A stretch of 64,000 nucleotides of DNA, from NCBI RefSeq assembly GCF_006345805.1, contig NC_042998.1:4278001-4342000 (forward strand). Reading direction: 5' to 3'. A program made the position numbers and the translations under genes. The notes beneath the pieces were generated by a model, which made no database searches, was not told the origin of the DNA, and saw only the letters and a list, made by a program, of their open reading frames with translations. Below, one piece after another: positions 51,064-64,000 of this stretch. The stretch comes from Octopus sinensis. Its lineage: Eukaryota. The first letter of the stretch is position 1. Every line of letters starts with the position of its first letter.

Positions 51064-51415
51064 TTGCTGTCAGAAATTTTGTAGTTTTATAATTTTGTAA
51101 TTTCCAAGAATTCTGTTTTCGTTGAATCGCAACTGATGACTTGTAGTGCCTATCATGGAATTTTCTTGGTAAATTGCCTCCCTAAGCGTTATTGCGTTTG
51201 CATAGTTACATGTACTCCACTACTGAGCACTTAAACAGCTCGGTGTAATATTGTGTAACATTTCATCTAAAGTTATGTTTCGATAATTCACCGATCTGAG
51301 TCGATATTTTCAGTTACAATCGGATTACACATTAATATATAAATACATACTTAGGTACATAAATACACGCACGCACACACACGCACACACAAACACACAC
51401 ACACACACACACACC

Positions 51416-51446
<31 letters not shown>

Positions 51447-52486
51447 TATAGGCGCCTATATAGATCAAAGTTTCTCTTCTGGTTTCCAAATTTCAACACT
51501 ACATGGTTTTCTTAAAATCTGTTAGCGTTCTTGTTACTTATCTTCTATCCTTAGTTTTAGCCTTACACTATCTTAAATCTCCATTTTCTTTCCTCGCCAT
51601 CTCCTCTTTAAGTCTCCATTATGATTTTCCTCAATCTCACTTCTTACGAACATTGCTTTTACGACTACCAATAACAAAAATAATCTCTTTCAGAAAAATG
51701 ATTCTGTCCAAAAATTTCGACATTTCTTTGTTTCCGACAAAACAAATTATTCTACTTAGCAAGCCTTATATACAAAACAGTACTTCACCTATTACTACGT
51801 CAACAACTACAGTGAAACTGTAATTTGCACAAAAGATGGAAGACAAATATTTTTCCCAAATTGTCTCCTGTTCTTGTTTGAACATGGAAATATCTGTCAT
51901 TCTCCTCATGGGACAATAATTTCCAGTTTGTTTCGTTATATCATATGCATTACAGCACCAAATTTTCCTACTATTTCTCTTACAAATGGTGTCTCTGATT
52001 TATTTAGTTTATAGACATTTCTCAATTCTATTTTCCCAGGACAGTTTATGCACATTTGTATACTTTTACTTATTGATTCATATACTACTACTTCGACCAA
52101 CGGTGTGAAGGCTTTAGATTGCTTAGATAAGAGAAACTAAGACGAATACACAGCATCTCTGGAATAGTAGATTTCACATATTTGGAATATGAGAACACTA
52201 ATAAAGAATGAATGACTTTTGTTCTTTTCTAAGTCATACGTACGCACACACACATAAACACACAGACACACACACACACACACACACATACACACACACA
52301 CACACAGAGGAACCAACCCCACATATTTATATTTGCGTGAACATGTGTGTATGTGTGTGTATGAGAATGAATTATTTTGTCTTTTTTTCTATGTTCAGCA
52401 TTGACTATGTTATCCAACGTTTCTAATGCGAGACAAGTTTAAGAGGAGGGGTTGATCTAGGAGATATTTAGCTACTGTTTTAACAG

Positions 52487-52526
52487 GTCAGATGAATTCT
52501 CAGAGGCGTTTCTTCGTTTGCATCAA
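52487..52526 (+). CDS. Candidate 40-bp exon
   Basis: TGTTTTAACAG|G TCA GAT GAA...CAT CAA|GTAAAT, reading SDEFSEAFLRLHQ; a second frame is also open. Confidence 0.35.
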
Positions 52527-52734
52527 GTAAATGTTTGTAATTGTACAGCAACAAAGCAGTTCTGATCGGAGAATGTTATGATGAAAAACTTTCCATTCGT
52601 GATATTCTTGTCTCCTTATTAAGAAATAAAATGCCCTCAGTATACTTTATTTTAGGTGGTATTCTGTTAACTGACATAGATTTAACTGCTATTTATAGCA
52701 GATGGAGGGACCAGGCAGAAGCTTCTTTGTTGAA

Positions 52735-53152
52735 GGCGGCGAGCCAGCAGAAACGTTAGCACGCCCGGCGAAATTCTTAGCGGTATTTCGTTTGCTGCTA
52801 CGTTCTGAGTTCAAATTCCGCCGAGGTCGACTTTGCCTTTCATCCTTTCGAGGTCGATAAATTAAGTACCAGTTACGCACTGGGGTCGATATAATCGACT
52901 TAATCCCTTTGTCTGTCCTTGTTTGTCCCCTCTATGTTTAGCCCCTTGTGGGTAATAAAGAAAAAGGTATTTCGTCTGCCGTTACGTTCTGAGTTCAAAT
53001 TCCGCTGAGGTCGACTTTGCCTTTCATCTTTTCGGGGTCGATAAATTAAGTACTAGTTACGCACTGGGGTCGATATAATCGACTTAATCATTTTTTCTGT
53101 CCTTGTTTGTTCATCTATGTTTAGCCCTTGTGGGCAATAAAGAAATAAGAAA
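52735..53152 (+). mobile_element. SINE family A dimer with one TSD
   Basis: Second unit starts at ~52966 (GGTATTTCGTCTGCC); CTTCTTTGT(T/A)GAA at 52722-52734 and 53153-53165. Confidence 0.9.
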
Positions 53153-53796
53153 CTTCTTTGTAGAACCCGAGCCATTCTACCATATATTGACATTCTTTTT
53201 ATGCGGAAGATTATCTTAGACAGTAATGCAGCAGATAGATCAGGTGCATCGGCCACGAAAAAGTGTTTCCCTAAATCTCTGTCTGTCTGCCTTTTTCATT
53301 CTTTCACATAATTTCTTTCCTTTGGAGAAATTTTGGTATAAACGGTGTGAAATACAGTTACTTTTATTTTATTAATTTAGAGAAGAGGTTGGTGCATGAA
53401 TTGCTGTGATGTATCAGTTAATTCTATTTCATTGCTTTAAAGTGGACTCTGGTGGAAGATGTGGTGTGATAGGAGATGAGAAGTTGTTGGCAATTCCTCA
53501 ATTATTCACTTAGATATACATACATAAGCTCCATTACTTAAAGACATAATTGAGTGTATTTTTGTGCATGTGTATAATTTTATCTTTTTTTCCTTTTGCT
53601 ACCTCAGTGCTGTAAATGCTAAATTAGAATGAACAAATGTCAAACTGCTAACAACACTGAATTATTAGTAAGAGGCAAAGTAAGGCCAGCTTTTGGATAT
53701 CTGGTCAATTTACATTGACATGTGTTAGTGAAATTCAATTAGCGTATAATATTTATCTGATCTTTTTACTACCTTGAAATACTCTTTTTCATTCAG

Positions 53797-53838
53797 CTGG
53801 CCTTGCAAAAATTACAAGACTCGACCCAAAATTATGAG
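53797..53838 (+). CDS. Candidate 42-bp exon
   Basis: CTCTTTTTCATTCAG|CTG GCC...TAT GAG|GTGATT, reading LALQKLQDSTQNYE. Confidence 0.35.
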
Positions 53839-54022
53839 GTGATTTCTTCTTTATTTAGAGGGATATATGTTTTTTCTTATAAAGTTACAATTATTACGTT
53901 TGTATATTTATTCGTGCAAGATTCCTGAGGTGAAATCATGTATTGAAACAGATATTGATATAATTTTGAATGGCCATTTTTCGCCATGTGAACACATGCA
54001 CTATATGTTCATTTTCCTTCAG

Positions 54023-54062
54023 GAGGAGGCATATGAGATTGAGAGTAGCAGAAGAGGTCACA
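54023..54062 (+). CDS. Candidate 40-bp exon
   Basis: CATTTTCCTTCAG|GAG GAG GCA...CAC A|GTATGT, reading EEAYEIESSRRGH; strong splice sites. Confidence 0.4.
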
Positions 54063-54511
54063 GTATGTGTGACGAAAGATTTAAGACAAATGACAATAAA
54101 ATAAGTACAATAATAAATATGAAGTCAAGAACGAGTACATAGCGCGTGTGTTTATTTGGCAGAAAACAAAAAGGCCATCTTGAAATTTAACGATACTAAT
54201 AATTGTTTGTATTTCTCATTTCACATTGTGAAGTGTTGGTGAATATCTAAATTATTGTGTCACGGAAATTTGAAGCTAATATATTGATAACATCGAATTT
54301 CTCTGCCATGTAAACTTTTGCTATTATCGTCTAAAATGTTACCTTCAAATATAATATAATCTGTTTTTCAGTTTACGATTTGTATTACTGTAACATAAAT
54401 ACATAACTTCTATTTATCTATTGCTCCTCGTACATTAAAGCACACCATGTTACTTAATAAAATTTAAGTAACCAAAATTATTGCATGTTTATTACTCACA
54501 GATTCACTCAG

Positions 54512-54592
54512 ATTAAGATTCACACGGATAGAAAATTATTTGAAACTAGTCATCAAAGATTAGATGAGATATACAAAATTAGGAGCTCATAC
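54512..54592 (+). CDS. Candidate 81-bp exon
   Basis: TTCACTCAG|ATT AAG...TCA TAC|GTATTT, reading IKIHTDRKLFETSHQRLDEIYKIRSSY; alternative acceptor at 54502. Confidence 0.3.
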
Positions 54593-56849
54593 GTATTTCA
54601 ATTGAAAATCAATTTAAATTTCGTGTCATAGCGGAAAACAATAAACTAGTTTAATACATATATTTCTGACTTTACTTATAAATATAAATATAAATGTCGT
54701 TAATTATAAATATTAATTAAAATTATAAATATCTGCATGTCCCACATCGATGCACGTGGATACTTTAAAGAGAGGTCTTTAATATATTCTAAAATGTTTC
54801 TACACACAGAATGTCAGTTATGCTAGTGTTGCTGTGGAGTTTAAAACCGAAATCGCCACAACCGAATTATGAGAAATATGCCTCATGATACCAAGCGACT
54901 TGCCCTGAATTCTGATCAATCATATTTCAGCTGTGATCATTCAACCCACATTTTCTAGTAGAATTTTCCATGATCTTCCCCGTCAAAATAGCTATAATTA
55001 CAGAAGCATTGTACAATCAGAGAAAGGCGCCGATGTTCCGAGAAAAGACAGGTTTCATAGGCACCAGTGTTCCGAGAAAAGACAGGTTTCTTCTCTGATT
55101 TAAAAGGAATCCATTATCCAACATGAACATATTATATTCCCACTTCTCACAACATGAATCGTTAAATTCTTAGCCAAAATTGTTAGCCGTTAAATTCTTA
55201 GCCAAAAAGCAACATATATTCATGACTCTCTACTGGTAAGATGTAATACAGCTCCTAGTAATCAACTGTTGCAAATACTGGTGAATTATGTGTAAATAAA
55301 TGATCTCATTAATAAAACTATAATGAATTTGGTTGTATATGGAAAACTGCACGAAGATAGACAGTCGGAGGCAGGACAAGAACGCTAAGAATGATGTTGA
55401 AGGTGATAATAATACCGTTTATAAGAGTTCTGATGAGATGATGATGATGACGACGATTGACGACGACGATGATGATGATAATGATGATGCCCTGGTTGTT
55501 GTTGTTGCTGCTGAAAATATTGGCAAATATAGTAATCAACACAATACAAATATTGGTCTCGAAATATATAAACAAATGTACTTTGATAAAAGTTTATTGC
55601 CTGAAATAAACAGGTATTTATATGAGCTACTCAGATAACAAGAAATAATGAAAATGTCAAATAAAACACACCATTAGAATATTGAATGAAATAAACTTGA
55701 ATGAAATCTCTTGCTAATGACGCAAAAGGACAAAACTAAGGAATACTCATAGGGTAGGAGAGCTCATAAATTTGAACAGATTGGATGATGTCATCTAAAT
55801 TATATTATTATCTAAATTGAATGCAACATTTTATATGCAGAATAAAGAATATGTTACACAAATTGACAAATTACTGGCTACAGTGATTATGTGTTGAATG
55901 AATAATCAACTAGTATTGCAAATAATAAATTATCATTTGAACTATAATTGGAAACTGAATAATTGATGGGTAACCTCTAGTTCTTCCTGTTGCTTTAGTT
56001 ATTATTGATTTTTGCATTTGAAGCATATTTAAATATTGGTAAAATTATACAAAATTTAGTCTGTACATTTTCGTGTTATATTATACGCCGTTTATCACAG
56101 GTATGAACTAGCCAAAGTAAGGTGATAATCGTTATATGTTTCGTTGAAGTATTTATATGGTTTAAAAAAAACAAATGAAACTAATTTCAAGGCTGGATAT
56201 TGATACTCGGGTATGTCTGCCTTTAACTTTATTGACTAATTTAGAATTTGGTGATAGGTTATGCACAGGGATATTATTTGTTGATAAATTCTAAACTTAT
56301 ATTTAAACTGTCTGTCAGTTGACAGTTTAGAACAAGTGTATGCCCTTAATTCTGATGCCTAATGAAAACTTGCATATACATTATACTCAGCGAAATTATA
56401 GATAAATATATTTCAAGCTTATATTTGAACTCTTCATCGTATGATGTAGTCATGGGCTTTCTGCTTTTTTTTTAAAGATGAGCCAATTATTTTCCTTAAT
56501 GCACCAGGATTATATTTGTGTATAACAACTTCCAATTTGCACTCATAATGTGAAAGCTTGTAAGTCCTGGAATTGTTGAAAACCAACTGAAAGCAGTATC
56601 AAATTATATGGACGGCCAAATAATAATTTCTCATTTAAAAAAAAGAAATGTAGAAATGCAATAAATTGTTTTAAAACCTAGGGTTTGGGAATAATCATTG
56701 AATTAGAAAATTAGATCTATGGCCAAAATAATTTCACTATTAGTCCTTCTAGTACGCTAGACAAAGTGCTTCGAAGCATTTCTTCCGGTTTTATTTTCTG
56801 AGTCCAAATTTCACCGAAGTCAACGTTTCTTTTCCTTTTGTAGTGACGA

Positions 56850-56964
56850 GCTGACAGAATCGTTAGTACAGTGGACAAAATGCTTAGCGGCGTTTCGTTC
56901 GTTTTTACGTTCTGACTCAAAATTTCACTGAGGTTGACATTTTCCATTTCATCCTTTCGGTGTC
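56850..56964 (+). mobile_element. SINE family A 5' half abutting a PLE RT fragment
   Basis: GACGAGCTGACAGAATCGTTAG...TTTCATCCTTTCGGTGTC; preceded by an older SINE head fragment. Confidence 0.75.
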
Positions 56965-57480
56965 TACAGAGATGACTCCCTAGCCATCTCTAGAGGATCC
57001 AACGGCCACAAAATAGCTAGACCTAGAAAGGGCCTAATTAGCAATTTAGGCTCAGTGGGTCTTAAGATCACCATTGAAACTAATCTTACCACAGCAGATT
57101 TCTTAGATGTTACTTTAGATCTGAGCCTTGGTACATACACACCCTATCACAAGCCAAATGAGAGACTGTCTTATATTAGCACAGCCCCCTTCCACCCCAC
57201 TATTCTTTTCAAGAATCTAATGAAAAGTTTAAGCAAGAGGACCTCAAATCTATTCTCGAGCCAAGATATCTTCGACGTCTCAGCTCCCTACTACAATGAG
57301 GCACTGGCATCAAGTGGGTTTAAAGATTGCATCTCCTACATGCCTGACCCTGGCGGCAGAAAAGGAAGCACCGCAGAAATGTCGTTTGGTTTGCTCCACC
57401 CTCCTCCCTCAACGTCAAGACTTGTGTGGGAAAGATTTTCCTCAGATTGATAGACAAACATTTCCCACACGCATACAGAC
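56962..57480 (+). pseudogene. Penelope-like element RT fragment (catalytic motif to thumb/linker)
   Basis: VYRDDSLAISRG...GLKITIETNLTTADFLDVTLDL...YTPYHKPNERLSYI in one frame, then [32 protein letters not shown] after a frameshift. Confidence 0.9.
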
Positions 57481-57545
57481 ATTCTACTGTAAAAACTGCC
57501 TGCGAACGACGGGTCATTCAGTTTGTATACACACACATATGAAGA

Positions 57546-57596
<51 letters not shown>

Positions 57597-57867
57597 TACT
57601 TTGTATTAATGTACACTCACATGTGAGCAGCAGAAGTTAGCACAGTTGGATCTATGAAAAGATAACTCAGCCCACCTGGCTACTTTCTCTTGAAAATAAT
57701 GCAGACTACTTTTATGCGTGTTCGAATGTGCAGGTGTAGATGGATTAACTGAGATTACTTGGAAGAAGATAATGATGGATTGTAAACAATATAAGAGTGT
57801 TATAAAGCATAGAAAAAGTAACTGGAGTAAAAGTGTGACTAAGAAGAAATGTGATGGTTTCAAATTT

Positions 57868-58000
57868 TGGCACAAGGCCAGCAGGTTTGCGGTAGGGGCT
57901 GCATCGATTGACTCTGGCCTAATTTGAATTCAGAACGTATGGACGGTCGCAATGCCGCTAAGCATTTTGCCAGGCGTGCTAACGATTCTGTCAGCTCGGG
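57868..58000 (-). mobile_element. SINE family A with internal deletion
   Basis: AATTTGAATTCAGAACG...GCTAAGCATTTTGCCAGGCGTGCTAACGATTCTGTCAGCTCG. Confidence 0.75.
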
Positions 58001-58548
58001 AAAAGAAAATGACGGAGCGAGAGTACGATACTTGAAATTGGTTGTGGTAAGAGTGTGGTGGAGGAGAAGCAATAGAAGAGTGATAAACTCCTTGTTCAAT
58101 TCCTATCCCAGCCATCTCGTTTTCTCCCATCGTAGAATATATAAATAACAAAAGTTTACGTTAACTGATTTCATTAGTGTGGTAATATATTCTTGAAAGA
58201 AATTAATTCTGAAGTTTGTACATTTTTAATCAAGAAATATTTCTAAATGTAAGATATTTATATTCAAATAGTTTATGATTTATTTTTGACAAATTTATGA
58301 AACTTATTTAACTTTACTGATTTGATTCATTTTCTTAAAACGGTTTCAATTAATTCACATATGATCAGAATTTTTCATTTCTGTACAAAGTCTTCCTGTT
58401 TGTTTAGTATAGAATTAATTTATTAGTAAGTATATCTGGACCTGTGTAAGCTGCTTAAATCATAGACAAATATTTCATATTTCTCCGATATGTTTTGCGT
58501 GTAGCATCAACTAACGACACTATTTTACTGTCTAATATGATGCATAAA

Positions 58549-58935
58549 CGTGGAAGCACTCCGTCCGTTACGACGACGAGGGTTCCGGTTGATCCGATCA
58601 ACGGAACAGCCTGCTCGTGAAATTAACGTGTAAGTGGCTGAGCACTCCACAGCCACATGTACCCTTAACGTAGTTCTCGGGGATATTCAGCGTGACACAG
58701 AGAGTGACAAGGCCGGCCCTTTGAAATACAGGTACAACAGAAACAGGAAGTAAGAGTGAGAGAAAGTTGTGGTGAAAGAGTACAGCAGGGATCACCACCA
58801 TTCCCTGCCGGAGCCTCGTGGAGCTTTTAGGTGTTTTCGCTCAATAAACACTCACAACGCCCGGTCTGGGAATCGAAACCGCGATCCTACGACCGCAAGT
58901 CCGCTGCCCTAACCACTGGGCCATTGCGCCTCCAC
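58549..58935 (-). mobile_element. tRNA-derived SINE family C, full length with TSD
   Basis: Minus strand GTGGAGGCGCAATGGCCCAGTGGTTAGG (A box)...GGTTTCGATTCCC (B box); 10-bp TSD GATGCATAAA at 58539-58548 and 58936-58945. Confidence 0.92.
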
Positions 58936-59873
58936 GATGCATAAATAACGTTGTTGTTAACGTGGTTGATTCTTGTTAAGTGCCCCATGACCAAAAAATG
59001 TATTCTCAAAGCCACTGCCACCGTGAACATTGTATTTTATTATTGTGCATCGACTATGACTGCATAAGGCAATGTGTGTTACATTTTCTCAGATGGTAGC
59101 TCATGCCTTGGTGAACATTCCTAAGTTATTCCTCAATGGTCAAATAACTTAGGAGAGACACTCGTATTCATATAAGAATTCTATTTAATTCAGGAGTACT
59201 TTATGTTAAATAGTAATTGTACTATTCAATAAACTGCAAGGCTTTGGTGCTACAGTCTATGGTTGTAGCACTACATCTATGTATTAAAAAAGATTTTAGT
59301 TGAAAAAAAGCAAATTGAATAATAAATTTTCTTCCTTTATCTGAAATATCAAATCTCAGTTGTTTGGTATACGTCTTTGTGTTCTGCATAATTTTATTAA
59401 AGTTTACGGATGTTATTTACTCCATCTCATCTATCATTTTCTCTATATTTAACCTCCGCATAATATCTGATGTAGATAATTAATATATTGTTTGCTAATT
59501 TATGAACGAGTATTTTATAGTATTTTATAGAATGATATCAAATATTTGATTAATTTTGAAGGTTGGATTATACTTATGATGATTGATTTGATTGAAATCA
59601 ATAAATTCTGTGGAAATATTCCTTTAATTAGAATTTCTTAATTCTCTTTCCATAAGTATATTTCCTCTATGTTATTAAGTTTGCCTATTTTTCGTAAGGT
59701 ATGTTCCTATATAAATTATTTCTCTATTTTCCAAATTTGAGTCAGTGCTCCATTGACGTGTTCTTAAATAAACGACATTTCCTCTCTTTGTTTCGCATCA
59801 TTTCTTCATGCTCTTTGTGTCTACATGTATCTCCTATTCTCTCTGTCAAGGTCTAAATACATACATACATACA

Positions 59874-59929
<56 letters not shown>

Positions 59930-60237
59930 TATATATATAAATATCGCTATGCCCACATGCGTCTGTCATTCTGCGTGTATAAATGGTATTCATTTAATTA
60001 ATGATCAAATGATGTGGATATTTTATCGGTGAAATGTAATCACTTTACCAATATAGATGTATTGTTATTGTCTACCTAGACAACAACAGTCTGGTCTGTA
60101 TGAAGTTTCTGACATAATTTGGTTTTCGGCTAATGCGTATTTTTCATTTCCATTTTGCGTTGAAAATATGATTAAGAATGATATTATATTTTATGATGAA
60201 GACATAATCATTACGAAGACACACGGTATACTGAAAT

Positions 60238-60395
60238 ATTCTTTTCTACTCTAGGCACAAAGATCGAAATTTTTTGGGAGTAGGGGAGGGGCCAGTCAAT
60301 TAGATCGACCCCAGTACGCAACTGGTACTTATTCTATCAACTCCGAAAGGATAAAAGTAAAAGTCGATCTCGGCAGAATTTGAACTCAGAACGTA
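60238..60395 (-). mobile_element. SINE family A, 5'-truncated
   Basis: TAGATCGACCCCAGTACGCAACTGGTAC...AATTTGAACTCAGAACG. Confidence 0.8.
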
Positions 60396-60788
60396 GGTAT
60401 ATTGAAATATTGAGAAGTTAACACTATTTTAACCACGGTTACATTTCTTGGCGCAGAATTATGATCAAGTGTATTTTAGCAATAATCATTCTTTGTTTTA
60501 GAGGCAAGTAGAACTAAATTGTCCAATATGCTCGTTTCTATTTTCAGGTACAGTAAGATTTAAAAGAAGATTATCATATTTTAGCAAGAAGTAATATGTA
60601 ACAGTATATAGATTATAACAGAACGCACAACAAACAGAAATTCCAAAATTATACCAGACATGATGGCATGGTGACAGGGATATAAAACAATAAAATAACA
60701 ACATGATAACAACTATAAGACAAAACTGGAGACACAATTGTTTACCCTAAATTCTAATTATTAATACAAAATTTAAAATTCTAGCACG

Positions 60789-61230
60789 TAGGGTTATCCC
60801 ATAAATAATGCGGATTTTTCAATTGGATGAACTAAGAGTCGGTGGAGGACGGGATAAACTGTCTGCGTCAACTTGCTATAATATTACCTTGTACTTATTG
60901 TTAGTACACGTTTTGAAGAGTGCAGTTCGATTTTAACAGTTATTTTTTCAAAGCTATAATGGAAGTGGCAAAGGAGCATATTCTGCATATTTTGCTTTAT
61001 GAGTTCAATAAAGGCAACAACGCAACAGAAAGTGCATATATGGGGATCGGTCAATAAGTGTAAGCCAGTGTCAACGGTGGTTCAAAAACTTCCGAGCCGT
61101 AATCTACAGTCTAGAAGACGAGCCTTATCCTGGAAGATCTGTAGAGCTTGACGAGGGCATCCTGCAAAAATTGATGGAACAAAATCGCATCGTAACTGTT
61201 GAGGATCTTGCAGAGAAGCTTGGATCTGGT
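60789..61230 (+). mobile_element. Mariner 5' half (TIR plus HTH region of transposase)
   Basis: ATG at 60959: MEVAKEHILHILLYEFNKGNNATESA, then IYGDRSISVSQCQRWFKNFR...LEDEPYPGRSVELDE...VTVEDLAEKLGSGHST after a deletion. Confidence 0.9.
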
Positions 61231-62376
61231 CATTCAACTAGTTATCAGTAGTTTCTCCCTACACCGATACTCTTTTGTAGTTAGGATGTGAGTGGAACAC
61301 AGCTTTAGATAATCCGAATGGAAAAAAAGCACCAGTCTGCACTTGTTTAAATTATATGTGATGTTTGGTTAGTGAGGTGAGAACTTTGCAAGAGTTAATC
61401 ACAAAAGAATACTCCCATAGTTAATTTTCATATATATCATATGAAATGATATATATAAATATATCTTTATGACATATATCGTATGAGAAGATATCGTTGA
61501 TCAGGAATTAAACGATTTCTACCCATGCCCCTATGCTATAGAACATCTCATCAATTGCTTTATGCTTAATATCATTTAGTATTATCATTTCTAGTTACTC
61601 ACACCTAAATAATATGTCACACTACTTTTTGGTTGATCAAACAAGTTTTCTGTTAGAGTTCTTGTGACAGTGCCATGCTTGTATTGTTTACCACATTAGA
61701 CCCAGAATTCCGGAATTGGAATAATTAGTGTTCCATTGCATTTAGCTTACATATAGTGAGTTAGCTGAGCGTTTTATGTAGATTCTCTGTTGGATCCACG
61801 TGTTATTAATGAATTAATGACAGATTCTAGGCCAAGAATATTGATAGGCAGATTTACTCCCTGTGATCTAAAAAACCTATGCTGATGCAAATTCTTCAAA
61901 TGTTCTACAACATTAATTCCTCTCTTGGTTAATGTTCCTGAAAGTCATTGATCCCTCTGGAAGCAATATTTATAACATCAATCGGCTGCAATCCTAAATA
62001 AATATATATATCTTTTTACATACAGATGTAACTGAACTCGGGCGAAAAACACGTTTTAAATCCACAAACAAATACACTAATACACACATACTTTAACATT
62101 TGATATTTTGATTTATATTCATTTATAATTTACATTTTCATACGTATATCAAGCACATATTTATATGATAGTAAATATGTAATTGTTTGCGAGTGAATTT
62201 ATGTTTGTGCATGAATGTAAAGAGGTATATTTAGAACTTAAACAAAACTCAATATAGAAAGCTAAACTAAATATAGTAATAAAGATAACATTTTCTGGAA
62301 AATTCAAAGCAACAATTCATCTCTAGCATTTGGACCAATTATAAATAATCTAATAGATACTACATTTTCTATAACT

Positions 62377-62456
<80 letters not shown>

Positions 62457-63146
62457 CATATATATGTACATTTATATATATGTAGATACATATATATTAT
62501 ATACATATATATATATATATACATAAATACATACATATATTTACACATACATAAATACATATATACATTTATGTTTGTGTGATTTATCAATATGATTTAT
62601 GTTTTAGTTTTTTTATAACAGATATCAGTGTCTATTAGAAAATATCTAAAGTGTACACAGCAAATATAAAATAATGGGCATTCAAAGTGATGTATCAAAT
62701 AATAATTGTTCTCAAAAGTAAATAGACTATTTATGTCGTATAAATTTTTTTCTTAAGTTTATTGTATTTAATTTATTTATTTTTTGCATTCAAAACCAAG
62801 AATAGATTTATTTAATGATGCTGATACTATATTTTGAACTTGTTTAGCTTTGTGTGTTTAGCACTTCTCTCTGTATATCACTCTAATTTTCTCTTTATCT
62901 GTGGCCCTCTCACTCTTTTCTTTCTCTCGTTTTCTTTCTACCTATTTGGTTTTCCCTCTTATTTTCTTTCTGTATTTCCCTCTTCACAAAATTTGGTATT
63001 TAAGTTCAAAAGTATTTTTAATGGAGTTAGAGCAGTTTAAAATGTTTGTCTAAATATATTCTATTTTTCCTTGTCTTTTTTTTATTTCCTCTTTCGTCAA
63101 GAGATAATTTTACCTGTTTCTCTTTTTTCTTGGTGGAACAGTATAT

Positions 63147-63218
<72 letters not shown>

Positions 63219-63928
63219 TATCACGTTTTTTTTATACTTTATTCCTTTCTACAATCAGTAGTTATCTTTATATAGAAAGGATTGAAAATGTGTTCCTGTT
63301 TATTCAAACATATCTATTGAAATTGATGTTCCAATACTCTGAAATGCCATAAAAAGTTAACAAATGATTCGGTTATATAGGTGACCTTTTCAGACTGGTT
63401 CTCATGAATATTTTGTGGATTAGCGTTAATGCAATGCTTAAAAAATCATATCAATGGCACAAAAAAGTTTTATTAAAAATATAATACATAAAATGTTGAG
63501 CATAAATATTCTGCAGACAAATCCGTTTGATGATTATTTCAGTAGCTTCCACTCTATGTGATGATATGATTTACTTTTAGTGGTGTGATGAAGGAACAAC
63601 TGAAGTTATTTCGAAAGAAATACATAAGTAAAAATAAAATGAAAACTTCATAAAGCTTAGATCAAATGTTCCATGTACATTAGACTAATCTATATTCAAC
63701 CAACTAGTCTAAAACATAACCTGGATGTTTTGGGCGTCATTACGCAAACAGCAAACCTTTGCAGATTCTGTTATAAAATTTCATATGTTACCTGGATAAC
63801 TCTGAAGTAGACAGGAAAAATATTCTGTTCTATATTTACCTGCAATCTATTATCAATCGGGATAGGGAGCCATGAGTATAGAGAGGAATTTCACAGTTAC
63901 ACAGTAACAGTTGATTGGAGTATTGCAA

Positions 63929-63930
63929 TG

Positions 63931-63973
<43 letters not shown>

Positions 63974-64000
63974 TAATAATAATAGTAATAATAATAATAA
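63929..64000. repeat. (TAA)n repeat
   Basis: Direct reading. Confidence 0.95.

Noticed and set aside
52655-52714. Exon-like GGILLTDIDLTAIYSRWRDQ segment
   Set aside because: Needs a GC donor, and its phase does not fit the neighbouring candidate exons.
55333-55638. 101-aa acidic ORF
   Set aside because: Largely (GAT)n/(GTT)n repeats. The 3' end has a possible donor (AAACAG|GTATTT) but no convincing acceptor.
58860-58935. tRNA-like cloverleaf
   Set aside because: It is the head of a TSD-flanked SINE, continuing into SINE body; not called as a tRNA gene.

Overview
AT-rich (roughly 30-35% GC by eye), microsatellite-laden eukaryotic DNA. The SINE families present point to a coleoid cephalopod, most likely Octopus (inference from family recognition). 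No long host ORF is present; a few short candidate exons suggest the window may lie within large introns of a + strand gene. Most ORF-track entries are (TA)n/(CA)n artefacts or antisense shadows. Real content: two near-identical CR1-clade LINE copies on the minus strand (one with an almost intact endonuclease+RT ORF2); three tRNA-derived SINE families, including TSD-flanked multimers; mariner/Tc1 relics; MITEs with Tc1-, Kolobok- and Merlin-type ends; and Penelope-like (PLE) and R4-like RT relics. Three observations stand out. (1) Eight minimal type-I hammerhead ribozyme folds, one canonical and several with compensatory swaps of the core 3-8 pair (U3-A8 in three separate contexts, G3-C8 in both arms of a ~285-bp palindromic element). 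(2) A 2-kb ORF1-only (zinc-knuckle, no RT) non-LTR element inserted with a 15-bp TSD into a SINE tRNA head. (3) A ~3.7-kb decayed coding-like tract that may be an endogenous RNA-virus polymerase gene (low confidence).
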